Assembly (NCBI GenBank): GCA_034439875.1
Contig: JAWXBG010000223.1
Location: 2,973 to 66,972, forward strand
DNA: 64,000 nt
Direction of reading: 5' to 3'
From: Flavobacteriales bacterium
Lineage (GTDB): Bacteria; Bacteroidota; Bacteroidia; Flavobacteriales_D; Sanyastnellaceae
This document shows, piece after piece, positions 9,871 through 18,624 of the stretch. The position numbers and the translations under genes are program-made. How positions within the stretch are numbered: position 1 is the first letter of the stretch; the number at the start of each line of letters is the position of its first letter. The notes beneath the pieces were generated by a model. It saw only the letters and a list, made by a program, of their open reading frames with translations, searched no databases and was not told where the DNA came from.

Positions 9871-10935
9871 TTATCCTTTGGTTCTTTCAAACTCTTTCAT
9901 CACGTCTGCCAATACTTGCACACTTTCTACTGGCAAAGCATTGTACATAGAGGCCCTGTAACCGCCTACTGATCGGTGACCGGCTATTCCACTAATTCCT
10001 GCGGCCTTCCACATTTTATCGAATTCAGCTCCGAGATTGTCGTCGTTGAGTCGGAATGTTGCATTCATCCAGGAGCGATCTTCTAGAACACTGTGGCCTT
10101 GGAACAAACTGTTTCTATCTAATTCATTGTAAAAAGCATCTTTCTTTTCTCTGTTTCGCTTTTCCATTCCCTCTAGTCCACCATTGGCTTTGATCCAGCG
10201 CAGTGTGAGCATACAGCAATATACGGCGAATACAGGTGGGGTATTGAGCATAGAATCTTTTTCTATGTGAGATTGCAGATTCAAATAAGTAGGAAGTTTG
10301 CGACCTGTTTTGCCCAGGGCATCGCGATCAACAATGTACATCACAGTACCTGCAGGTCCCATGTTTTTCTGAGCTCCTGCGTAAATCAGTGTGAATTTGG
10401 AGGCATCGAATTTCTTCGAGAAAATATCTGAACTCATATCACAAACCAGAGGCACATCCACTTTAGGAGTATCTTGAAATTGTGTTCCGAAAATGGTATT
10501 GTTGGAAGTGTAATGCAGGTATTCATATGGCTTGCTTAGGGCAAACGAGGGGATGTAGCTATGATTTTTGTCGGAACTGTCGCCAACAACATCCACATTA
10601 CCTAGCAGTTTCGCTTCTTTTATAGCACCTGCAGCCCAAACTCCTGTGTTGAGATATGCTACATCTCCACCTTCTTTCATGAGGTTAATGGCAGATGTAT
10701 AAAAACCGAGTGTGGCACCTCCCTGCAAGTAAAGTACTTCGTAGCGCTCGGGTAGCGAAAGAATGTCCTTTACCAACTGTCTGGCTTCAGCCATTACGGC
10801 TTCAAAATTTTTGGAGCGATGCGAAATTTCTAACAACGACAGCCCCATACCATCAAAGTTTAAAAGAGCTTTAGAGGCTTCTTCTATCACCTCTTTGGGC
10901 AGAATACTTGGGCCTGCACTGAAATTATATACCAT
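9871..10935 (-). CDS. serC: 3-phosphoserine aminotransferase
   Basis: The N-terminus is the SerC type (MVYNFSAGPSILPKEVIEE), with YAGAQKN (PLP lysine region) and HRSVGGYRASMYNA. Confidence 0.93.
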   Translation of the reverse strand: MVYNFSAGPSILPKEVIEEASKALLNFDGMGLSLLEISHRSKNFEAVMAEARQLVKDILSLPERYEVLYLQGGATLGFYTSAINLMKEGGDVAYLNTGVWAAGAIKEAKLLGNVDVVGDSSDKNHSYIPSFALSKPYEYLHYTSNNTIFGTQFQDTPKVDVPLVCDMSSDIFSKKFDASKFTLIYAGAQKNMGPAGTVMYIVDRDALGKTGRKLPTYLNLQSHIEKDSMLNTPPVFAVYCCMLTLRWIKANGGLEGMEKRNREKKDAFYNELDRNSLFQGHSVLEDRSWMNATFRLNDDNLGAEFDKMWKAAGISGIAGHRSVGGYRASMYNALPVESVQVLADVMKEFERTKG

Positions 10936-11067
10936 AGTCGTATTTTATGATTCGGTCGCGAAGTTATACCAATGCCACAAATAAATTATACCTATGTTAT
11001 ACCCATTCTGCTTATTAAATTGTCCAAACTATTTTATAAACATGAAGTTGTAAATACTGTGGGAGTG

Positions 11068-11174
11068 GCTGTTATAGACCAATGAAGTGGAACGGAATTG
11101 GACTATTACAGATACATAAACGGTGTTACTTGATAAATGGTCCATCCTGCAAGGCGCATTGGAAGTATTTTGAA
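11068..11174 (-). repeat. S hairpin module plus distal arm of a P module (copy R2, left part)
   Basis: 11068-11115 is the cleanest S copy (CTGTTATAG.CCAAT-13 nt-ATTGG.CTATTACAG hairpin). 11129-11174 matches the distal end of P in reverse orientation and stops at the TTGAA target duplication of the inserted MITE. Confidence 0.85.
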
Positions 11175-11346
11175 CCCAGAATACGCATTGGCATTCGCTA
11201 TGAAGTGCTACACCCCACAGATAGCAAGTGCTCTCGCCAGATTATTATTAGATAGTGTATATTCATACATCAAGAATAAGAATCGAGAAAGTGCTTGATA
11301 TCAAAGGGGGTTAGCGCAGCAATAGATTTCCAATATGGATTCTGGG
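11175..11346 (+). mobile_element. 172-bp MITE-like element, copy 1 (nested in a P module)
   Basis: Its ends are CCCAGAATACGCATTGG and CCAATATGGATTCTGGG. It is flanked by direct TTGAA at 11170-11174 and 11347-11351, and aligns full-length with 18844-19015 and 29231-29402. Confidence 0.85.
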
Positions 11347-11516
11347 TTGAAAGTAATGCGCTGCGGATTTACGAAGGAACAATGTAATAACTCGACCATT
11401 GAATTCCCTGGTCTCCATCGAATGATTTGGGTTTATGTGCATGCATCGGTAGGTGCCGTTAGACCTAGCTGTTATAGACCGATAGAGTGAAACGGTATTG
11501 GACTAATGCAGATTCA
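11347..11516 (-). repeat. P module (proximal part), linker and S module (copy R2, right part)
   Basis: Its reverse complement aligns with 6551-6700 and 18651-18800. The S end overlaps the last codons and the stop of the DUF4476 gene. Confidence 0.85.
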
Positions 11517-12234
11517 AGCTCACACGCGCTGATTCTCTATTGACCTTGAGAATAAAAGCGTGGAGCAACTCCGCGCGGTCGTCCAAATCATAAATAGCTG
11601 AAGAAAAACGACTCAAGACTTTCAGTTTGTTTTCTTCAGCATCCAAACGAAGAAGACAAGTGAAGAGTTGTTCAACTTTGAGGCAGCTCATCACGTCTTT
11701 TTGGAGCAGTTTTGTGAGCTTTTGAGACTCAAATAGGGAGTTGTCGACGTCTTCCAACCACTCTTCAAATTCTTCATCAGACAATGGGTTTTCACAACCC
11801 AGCTTGCCTTCGTAATAAACACTTATTTCTGAAATCACCGCTGTTGAGTCAAATGGGACATTTTGCACATTGTTTCTGGCAACACTTTCTGCTGAAAATT
11901 GAAGTTTTGGAACCCCTTTCATTATTTGAACGAAATAGTCGGAGCGGGTATTGGGCTTTAAAGTGATCCACTGCGAAAGGCTAGAATATTTGCCGTTCAC
12001 AAATTCAAACTTAATTTCTGTTTTACCCGCCTCAAGCCCTTGGAGAGTAATTGAATTGCAATAAAAATTATTGACAACTAAAGCACCAATATGCAGTTTG
12101 AAAGAGCAACTATCCGGAGCAGAAATATTCAAAGCAGCCATTTGGGAAGATGCCGCGAAAGTGAGCTTTAAAATGACGACAAGTGATATAAGCAGTTTCT
12201 TTTTCATTTCGTTTTTTATCTTTTCGGTTGTCAC
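11503..12234 (-). CDS. DUF4476 domain-containing secreted protein
   Basis: It has a signal peptide (MKKKLLISLVVILKLTFAASSQ) and a C-terminal region resembling DUF4476 (C.NP.SDEEFEEW...FESQKL...). The alternative ATG start at 12207 is at least as likely as the GTG at 12234. Confidence 0.65.
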   Translation of the reverse strand: MTTEKIKNEMKKKLLISLVVILKLTFAASSQMAALNISAPDSCSFKLHIGALVVNNFYCNSITLQGLEAGKTEIKFEFVNGKYSSLSQWITLKPNTRSDYFVQIMKGVPKLQFSAESVARNNVQNVPFDSTAVISEISVYYEGKLGCENPLSDEEFEEWLEDVDNSLFESQKLTKLLQKDVMSCLKVEQLFTCLLRLDAEENKLKVLSRFSSAIYDLDDRAELLHAFILKVNRESARVSLNLH

Positions 12235-13787
12235 TTTAGTCTATTAAGCATATTTCGTACCAAGGGTAGATTTTTTATTTTTCCGGGAATCCACTGGAGA
12301 GGATTATTCTTTTTGCCACCCATAATACGTGGGAAATACCAAATGATCAGAATTGTGGTGGAGAAAGTGAAAAATGCGCAGAAAATGAGAGTTAATTGGC
12401 CTTCCAATCCGATCAGGGGAGACAAATACAATGAAATGAGGCTAAAGGTTATTACAATCCCCGAAATAATGAATGCAGGTATAAGACTGATAAAAAATTC
12501 GTCCCATTTAAAATCCACCAACGTCATGCTGAGTCGAGTATTCAGGATGAGATGAATGAATGTAGACAAACTGATTCCAATGGCGACCAATTCTTTGCTC
12601 TGAGAAGAGAAAATGGCAATAGAAAAGATCATCAGAATGCAATACACGAATTTAATTCTAGTAGCGCGGAAGACTGCATTTTTGGCTCGTACGAGCGAAT
12701 CGCTGATGCGCGCAATGGTTCGGAAGATCACTGCAGTAAAAAGAATGCGCAATGTCAAGTGAGCTTCTGTATAAGTAGTGCCAAGAAAGAAAGTAATGAC
12801 TTCCTCTGAAAATATTATTACAAAAATGGATAAGGGCATAATGAGAATTGCCATTATGGAAGTGCCTTGGAGCATGGCTTTTTTCAGGCGTTCTGTTTCA
12901 TCTTGAATTTTGGACATCCCACTAAAGAGCACATTGTCTGACAGTTTTCCCATAACAGTTATGGGAAGTCCCATTACATAAGCGGATCTCTCATAGAGAC
13001 CTGCTTCGTATTGAATGCGCGATGTTGGATAGACGCCCCAAAATCGAAGGAAGAAGGGTAGAATTGTAACATCAATTTTTGTAGCCAAGTAGTTTAGCGA
13101 ATTGAATAGAGAACTACCTGCTCCGTAGCCCATTAATTCGCGGGTATATTTCCATTTCCAATTCAGCGATATTTTAACTGGCTCGAAATACCAATACCCA
13201 ATCGTCATCAGAATGTTTTGAGCAAACAAAGCCCAAGCGTAAGCCCAAATGCCGTATCCCAGATATGCGAGAGATAGTCCAATAATCAGATTGCCAACGA
13301 CGATAGAAATGATGCTAGCCAAAAAGAATGATTTGAACTTCATGTTTTTGATCATGATAGAACGTGGTACAGCTCCAAGAGCAGAAATCAAGAAACTGAA
13401 GCAAACAAGCTGCATAACCTCAGGCAAGTCATCCATGTGATTGATCTTTCCCAACCAACCTGCGCTTGCGTAAAAGACAATCGTAAATATTAAACCAAGA
13501 ATAAATGATGTGTAGAAGGCGCCATTGATGTGTTGCTGATGAATATCTTTCCGTTGGATGAGGGCAGGACCAACGCCCACCTGTGCGAATATTTCGGCGA
13601 AACCTAATACCCCCAATATCACCCCCATCACAGCAAATGCTTCTACCTCTAGTATTCGGGCAAGAATCATCATGTACATTAGTTGGATAGCCACCTGCAT
13701 TACCACTGTGAGCATATTCCAACTAAGTCCGCTTACAAACTGTTTGCGGAATCCTCCATTGCTTTCTGTCTTGCTATATTCGTCCAA
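12231..13787 (-). CDS. oligosaccharide/polysaccharide flippase (Wzx-like, MOP superfamily)
   Basis: A 518-aa polytopic membrane protein with a typical polysaccharide-biosynthesis-protein N-terminus (SGLSWNMLTVVMQVAIQLMYMMILARIL). Confidence 0.75.
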   Translation of the reverse strand: MDEYSKTESNGGFRKQFVSGLSWNMLTVVMQVAIQLMYMMILARILEVEAFAVMGVILGVLGFAEIFAQVGVGPALIQRKDIHQQHINGAFYTSFILGLIFTIVFYASAGWLGKINHMDDLPEVMQLVCFSFLISALGAVPRSIMIKNMKFKSFFLASIISIVVGNLIIGLSLAYLGYGIWAYAWALFAQNILMTIGYWYFEPVKISLNWKWKYTRELMGYGAGSSLFNSLNYLATKIDVTILPFFLRFWGVYPTSRIQYEAGLYERSAYVMGLPITVMGKLSDNVLFSGMSKIQDETERLKKAMLQGTSIMAILIMPLSIFVIIFSEEVITFFLGTTYTEAHLTLRILFTAVIFRTIARISDSLVRAKNAVFRATRIKFVYCILMIFSIAIFSSQSKELVAIGISLSTFIHLILNTRLSMTLVDFKWDEFFISLIPAFIISGIVITFSLISLYLSPLIGLEGQLTLIFCAFFTFSTTILIIWYFPRIMGGKKNNPLQWIPGKIKNLPLVRNMLNRLK

Positions 13788-13850
13788 TTGGATATTTTAA
13801 TTTGAACGTTCAAAATTGACCTCATATTTGGTTTATTAAACTCGAAGAGT

Positions 13851-14414
13851 ATGAAATCGTTAACATCGACTTCTTTATTGCAATCTCGTTATAGCCGAGG
13901 ATTTGTGGTTCTTTTTATTGCTATTCTCACGCTATCCTCTTGTAAAAACAAAAAGGAAGTATCTTCAGGTGACAATGGAAAGCCACCCAAGCGACTATTA
14001 TCGGGCAAAATTTTGGAATCTGTGACCATAGAAAAGGTAATGATCAATCATACCCCAATGTTCGGTCCCGATGGCGAAAGATGGGATAGCTGGGCCATTG
14101 GTCAAGAAACACCTGATCTTTTTGTGGTTTTGAAGTTTCGAGATCAAGTTTTATACGAATCCGAAACTCGTGAAGATGTTGCATATGGAGTTGCGGCTGA
14201 ATTGGAAAAGAATTTGCCAGTCTCTTTGAACAGTTGGAACCTAGAACACGTGCTTTATGTGTATGATGAAGATGGAGTGAGTGCGGATGACAACGTGGGT
14301 TTCTTTTCCTTCATACCACTTGAGTTCGAAAAGAAGGATGAAATATTATTGAGTTCTTCTGATGCTCAACTCAAAGTGACACTTCGAGTGAAATGGAATT
14401 ACGTGAACAAATAG
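13851..14414 (+). CDS. hypothetical lipoprotein with a C2-like sequence pattern
   Basis: It has a signal peptide with a lipobox (LTLSSC). The body shows the pattern PDLFVVLKF...YVYDEDGVSADDNVGFFSF, reminiscent of C2 domains. It has no confident family assignment. Confidence 0.5.
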   Translation: MKSLTSTSLLQSRYSRGFVVLFIAILTLSSCKNKKEVSSGDNGKPPKRLLSGKILESVTIEKVMINHTPMFGPDGERWDSWAIGQETPDLFVVLKFRDQVLYESETREDVAYGVAAELEKNLPVSLNSWNLEHVLYVYDEDGVSADDNVGFFSFIPLEFEKKDEILLSSSDAQLKVTLRVKWNYVNK

Positions 14415-14445
14415 GAAAGAATTTTCTCAAAAAACCAAAAAAAAA

Positions 14446-14459
14446 GCCTCAAACGAGGC
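14446..14459. terminator. bidirectional terminator between convergent genes
   Basis: The GCCTC-aaac-GAGGC hairpin is flanked by an A-run (14436-14445) and a T-run (14461-14465). It lies between the lipoprotein gene (+) and rny (-). Confidence 0.55.
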
Positions 14460-14474
14460 CTTTTTCTATTTTTA

Positions 14475-16016
14475 TTATCGGGCTAGTCCAACAGCTCTTT
14501 TTTCTCGAATTACAGTCACACGAACCTGACCCGGGTAGGTCATTTCGTTTTCAATTCTACTTGCAATAGTGATCGCAAGTTGATCTGATTGTTCGTCTGT
14601 TACTTTGTCGCTTTCTACCATTACACGCAGTTCTCTTCCAGCTTGAATAGCAAAAGATTTTGAAACTCCCGGATATTCTAAAGCAAGACTTTCAAGGTCG
14701 CGCAAACGTTGAATGTACGCTTCTACTACTTCTCTGCGGGCTCCCGGACGAGCACCGCTGATGGCATCGCAAACTTGCACAATCGGGGCCAATAATGTTT
14801 TCATCTCTACCTCGTCGTGGTGAGCGCCGATAGCGTTGCAGATGTCCGGTTTCTCTCCATACTTTTCTGCGATCTTCATACCGAGGATTGCGTGTGGCAT
14901 TTCGCTTTCATCGTCCGGTACTTTTCCTATATCATGCAGCAATCCAGCTCTCTTAGCAGCTTTTGGATTAATTCCTAATTCGCTTGCCATAGTAGCACAT
15001 AGGTTGGCTACCTCTCTTGAGTGCTGAAGCAAGTTTTGGCCATAAGAAGATCTGTATTTCATGCGTCCCACCATTCTGATAAGTTCAGAATGCAGTCCAT
15101 GAATACCAAGATCAATACAAGTGCGCTTACCTACTTCGATGATTTCCTCTTCAATGTTTTTCTGCACTTTGGCCACTACCTCTTCGATTCTAGCAGGGTG
15201 AATTCGACCATCTGTAACCAATTGGTGCATACTCAAACGAGCAATTTCTCGACGCACAGGATCGAAGCAAGAAAGTACAATGGCTTCAGGTGTGTCATCT
15301 ACAATAATTTCTACACCTGTTGCAGCTTCTAGTGCGCGAATGTTACGTCCTTCTCGTCCAATGATTCTTCCCTTAATCTCGTCATTGTCTATATTAAATA
15401 CAGAAACTGAGTTTTCGATAGCGTGTTCTACGGCAGTTCTCTGAATGCTTTGAATTACAATTTTCTTCGCCTCTTGATTGGCTTTTAATTTGGCATCATC
15501 GATGATTTCTTGTATCTGACTTGCAGCTTTATTTCGGGCATCGTCTTTCAATTGTTCCATCAATTGAGTACGTGCATCATCTGCCGACATTTTCGCAGTT
15601 TCCTCCAAAAGACTTACCGCACGCTGATGAGATTTTTCAAGATCAGACTGTTTTTTCTGATTAGCGTCTGTAAGTTTATTGAGGTTATCTTTTATTCCAT
15701 CGAGGTCTTTTTCCTTGCGTTTATACTGTTCGATTTGCTGAGCAAGCTCTCGGTCACGGTTTTTGATTCGATCTTCTTGGGCCTGAATTTTTTTGTTTCT
15801 GTCATTTGATTCTCGCTCGTGCTGGGATTTAAGTTCAAGAAACTTTTCTTTGGCTTGCAAGATCTTCTTTTCTTTTACGGCCTCTCCTTCTTTGATGGCT
15901 TCGTCGAGAATACTATTCTTTTTGCTTGAAAGAACATTATTAAATAGAAAGTAAGCCAACCCCCCTCCTACAATTACTCCCCCAAGTGCTGCTATGAGCA
16001 CGTACATGTTGTCCAT
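14475..16016 (-). CDS. rny: ribonuclease Y
   Basis: It has an N-terminal TM helix, a long coiled coil, a KH domain ([24 protein letters not shown]) and an HD domain (GLLHDIGK). Confidence 0.95.
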   Translation of the reverse strand: MDNMYVLIAALGGVIVGGGLAYFLFNNVLSSKKNSILDEAIKEGEAVKEKKILQAKEKFLELKSQHERESNDRNKKIQAQEDRIKNRDRELAQQIEQYKRKEKDLDGIKDNLNKLTDANQKKQSDLEKSHQRAVSLLEETAKMSADDARTQLMEQLKDDARNKAASQIQEIIDDAKLKANQEAKKIVIQSIQRTAVEHAIENSVSVFNIDNDEIKGRIIGREGRNIRALEAATGVEIIVDDTPEAIVLSCFDPVRREIARLSMHQLVTDGRIHPARIEEVVAKVQKNIEEEIIEVGKRTCIDLGIHGLHSELIRMVGRMKYRSSYGQNLLQHSREVANLCATMASELGINPKAAKRAGLLHDIGKVPDDESEMPHAILGMKIAEKYGEKPDICNAIGAHHDEVEMKTLLAPIVQVCDAISGARPGARREVVEAYIQRLRDLESLALEYPGVSKSFAIQAGRELRVMVESDKVTDEQSDQLAITIASRIENEMTYPGQVRVTVIREKRAVGLAR

Positions 16017-16105
16017 TGGATAAATATTTATTTAAATAAAACAATTTGTCTCCTATCATTTATAGGAGATTCGGCGAGAATAAAAAGGGAAGTAGAGAGT
16101 AGAAC

Positions 16106-16390
16106 TCAGGACAGGTGGGTATCGATGGATTTCTCCAACTTTTCCAGGGCTTTATTAAGTTCTTCAGCAGATACCTGTGGAGGCACTTCTTGAAGATTTG
16201 CTGCTAATACCTGTAAGGCTGCCATAGCCAAAAGGTCCTGTTTATCCTTTACTGCGTAGCTTTTCTGAAACAATTCAATGCTTTCACCCAGTCGCTTCTC
16301 AGCATCGCGAATAACAGGCTCTTGCTGTTTCTCGATAGTGAGCGGGTATGTGCGACCTGCTATGGTTACTTTTATTGAAACTTCTTCCAT
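16106..16390 (-). CDS. zapA: cell division protein ZapA
   Basis: A 94-aa protein with the pattern VTIAGRTYPLTI....E.....A, located downstream of a coiled-coil gene and upstream of rny, as is common in Bacteroidota. Confidence 0.8.
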   Translation of the reverse strand: MEEVSIKVTIAGRTYPLTIEKQQEPVIRDAEKRLGESIELFQKSYAVKDKQDLLAMAALQVLAANLQEVPPQVSAEELNKALEKLEKSIDTHLS

Positions 16391-16400
16391 CTTCGAATCT

Positions 16401-16697
16401 TTATGCTTGTTTCAGCATGGCTATGCATTCGTCAATCTCATTTACCAGTTCGCTAATTCTCTGCCTTGTGTATTTCTGGTCCATTTGCGGAACCGAAACT
16501 TGCAACGAACGGGCCTCTTCCATTTCCCTGTTTTTTTCCATGAGTTCGTTTATCTGCTGCTGGAGTTCATTATTGATTCTGAATAGCGATTCGTTGTGCT
16601 CTTTGCACTTCTCGAACTGCTGCTTCAATTCATTTTTTGCTTCGGCTAAACGGGAGAACTTCTCCTCAATTCTTGCCAATAACTGTGTGTACTCCAT
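16401..16697 (-). CDS. small coiled-coil protein (possible ZapB-like partner of ZapA)
   Basis: It is a heptad-rich sequence. I prefer the internal ATG at 16697 (MEYTQLLARIEEKF) over the longer ORF to 16751. Confidence 0.45.
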   Translation of the reverse strand: MEYTQLLARIEEKFSRLAEAKNELKQQFEKCKEHNESLFRINNELQQQINELMEKNREMEEARSLQVSVPQMDQKYTRQRISELVNEIDECIAMLKQA

Positions 16698-16881
16698 AAA
16701 CGTACTTCCCGGGTGATTTTCAACTGGGTGCAGCAAATGTAAGCAATACAAGTCAATCTATTTTCCCGCCTTTGTTTGTTGATATTCAATTGGGTGTGGA
16801 TATTAAAAAAGGGGTACAATACTTGATTTTCGCATTGTTCCCGAAGTGGGTCCGATATCTAATGTTAAAAAGAAGAAAGGA

Positions 16882-18624
16882 ATGGGTAAAGAGTTAAAAT
16901 TAAGCAATTTAAGGTTTTTGGCGACGGTTTTTTGTGTCACTCTATATAATATAGTATCGCTTGCTCAGGTTCAGGTATACCCCCAAGATTATTTTCGGTC
17001 GCCTTTGGATATTCCCCTCCACCTAAGTGGAAATTTTGGGGAGCTCCGAACAAATCACTTCCATGCCGGCCTCGATATAAAAACCGCTCAAGAGGAGGGT
17101 AAGAAGATTTATGCGGCGGCCGATGGATATGTTTCGCGGATCAAAGTTTCGCCTTTTGGATATGGGTATGCAATGTACATTGATCACCCAAATGGATATA
17201 CTACGGTGTATGGCCACTTGAAGGAATATTCTCCCTTCATCGCAAAGTATGTCTTTCGAGAGCAATATAAAATGGAGACCTTCACTATAGACCTATTCCC
17301 AAAACCTGAAGAATTGCCTGTTTTAAAAGGTGATGTAATTGCCCTCTCGGGAAACTCGGGTGGAAGTGGTGGTCCGCATTTGCATTTTGAAGTACGAGAA
17401 ACCAAAACTGAAAAATTGGTTAACCCACTTCTTTTTGGATTCGACATTAAAGATAAAATTCAACCCATCATCAATGCGGTGATGATTGTGCCCATGAGCG
17501 AAACCTCTTCTGTTGGCGGATCAGGAAATTACAAAACTCTGGATACTAAGGTTCATTCCGGCAAATGCGCGTTGAAGTCGATCGTGCCAATGACGGTTCA
17601 TGGCGATATTGGTTTTGCAATACATACAATGGATATGGCTGATGGAAATTCCAATAGATGTGGTATCTATAGAATAGAACTCAAGGTAGATGGACTAGTG
17701 GTATACGCTCAACAGATGGACAAATTGGATTTTGGCACTACCAGATCTATGAATGCACATACTTTCTATGAAATCTTCAAGAAAAATAGATCACAAATTC
17801 ATCGTTCGTATCGACTTCCGAATAATATGTTGGATATATATGACAACTTAGTGAACGATGGCATTCTAACTTTTACAGACGATCAGTTGCACTCTATAGA
17901 GTACAGCGTGACCGACATCAAAGGCAATGTTTCCACATTGGCATTTAATGTAAAATCAATAAGTACAGGCGCGATTAAACCTGCCGGATTAAAAGGAAAA
18001 GCATTATTCGATTTTGAAAAGGATAGTTATTTTGAAAATGATAGAGTGAAGGTTTCCGTAACTGCTTTCACTTTATATGAAAACCTAGACTTTGATGTGG
18101 TGAATGGAAGACCTATTCAGGGAAGTGTGGTGCCTGCGATTCTCTTAGCTAATCCTTATGTCCCCATTCATGGTCATTATGAATTGAGCTTGAAGGCGGA
18201 TAAAATTGCAGAGGATAAACGCAATAAAGCAATTGTTGTTCGCTGGGATCCTGAAAAGGACAAAGTTTTAAGTGAAGGAGGAAATTATCATGAGGGATGG
18301 ATCACCTGTGAGACACAATACTTTGGGCATTTTGGTGTGATGATAGATAGCATTGCTCCTTCTATCAGCTCTATAGATTTCGCCACTGCAATGAAGGGAC
18401 GTAAGAAGTTTTCAATGAAAATTTATGATAGTCTTTCGGGCATTGATCAGATCATTCCTAAGATAGATGGCAAGTGGGCCTTAATGGAATACGATGCCAA
18501 GAACAATAAACTCTCTTACTATTTCAATGAGGAATACCTAAGCCATGGTTCGCATACGTTTTCGCTTACAATCATAGATGCGGTTGGAAATAGCAAGGAG
18601 TATACTTCAAAGTTCGATTGGTAG
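16882..18624 (+). CDS. M23 family metallopeptidase
   Basis: LytM/M23 motifs are present (HFHAGLDIKT, GNSGGSGGPHLHFEVR). I prefer the ATG at 16882 over the GTG at 16846. Confidence 0.85.
   Translation: MGKELKLSNLRFLATVFCVTLYNIVSLAQVQVYPQDYFRSPLDIPLHLSGNFGELRTNHFHAGLDIKTAQEEGKKIYAAADGYVSRIKVSPFGYGYAMYIDHPNGYTTVYGHLKEYSPFIAKYVFREQYKMETFTIDLFPKPEELPVLKGDVIALSGNSGGSGGPHLHFEVRETKTEKLVNPLLFGFDIKDKIQPIINAVMIVPMSETSSVGGSGNYKTLDTKVHSGKCALKSIVPMTVHGDIGFAIHTMDMADGNSNRCGIYRIELKVDGLVVYAQQMDKLDFGTTRSMNAHTFYEIFKKNRSQIHRSYRLPNNMLDIYDNLVNDGILTFTDDQLHSIEYSVTDIKGNVSTLAFNVKSISTGAIKPAGLKGKALFDFEKDSYFENDRVKVSVTAFTLYENLDFDVVNGRPIQGSVVPAILLANPYVPIHGHYELSLKADKIAEDKRNKAIVVRWDPEKDKVLSEGGNYHEGWITCETQYFGHFGVMIDSIAPSISSIDFATAMKGRKKFSMKIYDSLSGIDQIIPKIDGKWALMEYDAKNNKLSYYFNEEYLSHGSHTFSLTIIDAVGNSKEYTSKFDW

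Noticed and set aside
11068-11516. The interspersed repeats could be a CRISPR array or another regularly spaced array.
   Set aside because: The repeats come as modules of different lengths (about 48, 110 and 172 nt) in both orientations at six separate loci. They have no constant repeat-spacer periodicity, and no cas genes lie in the window.
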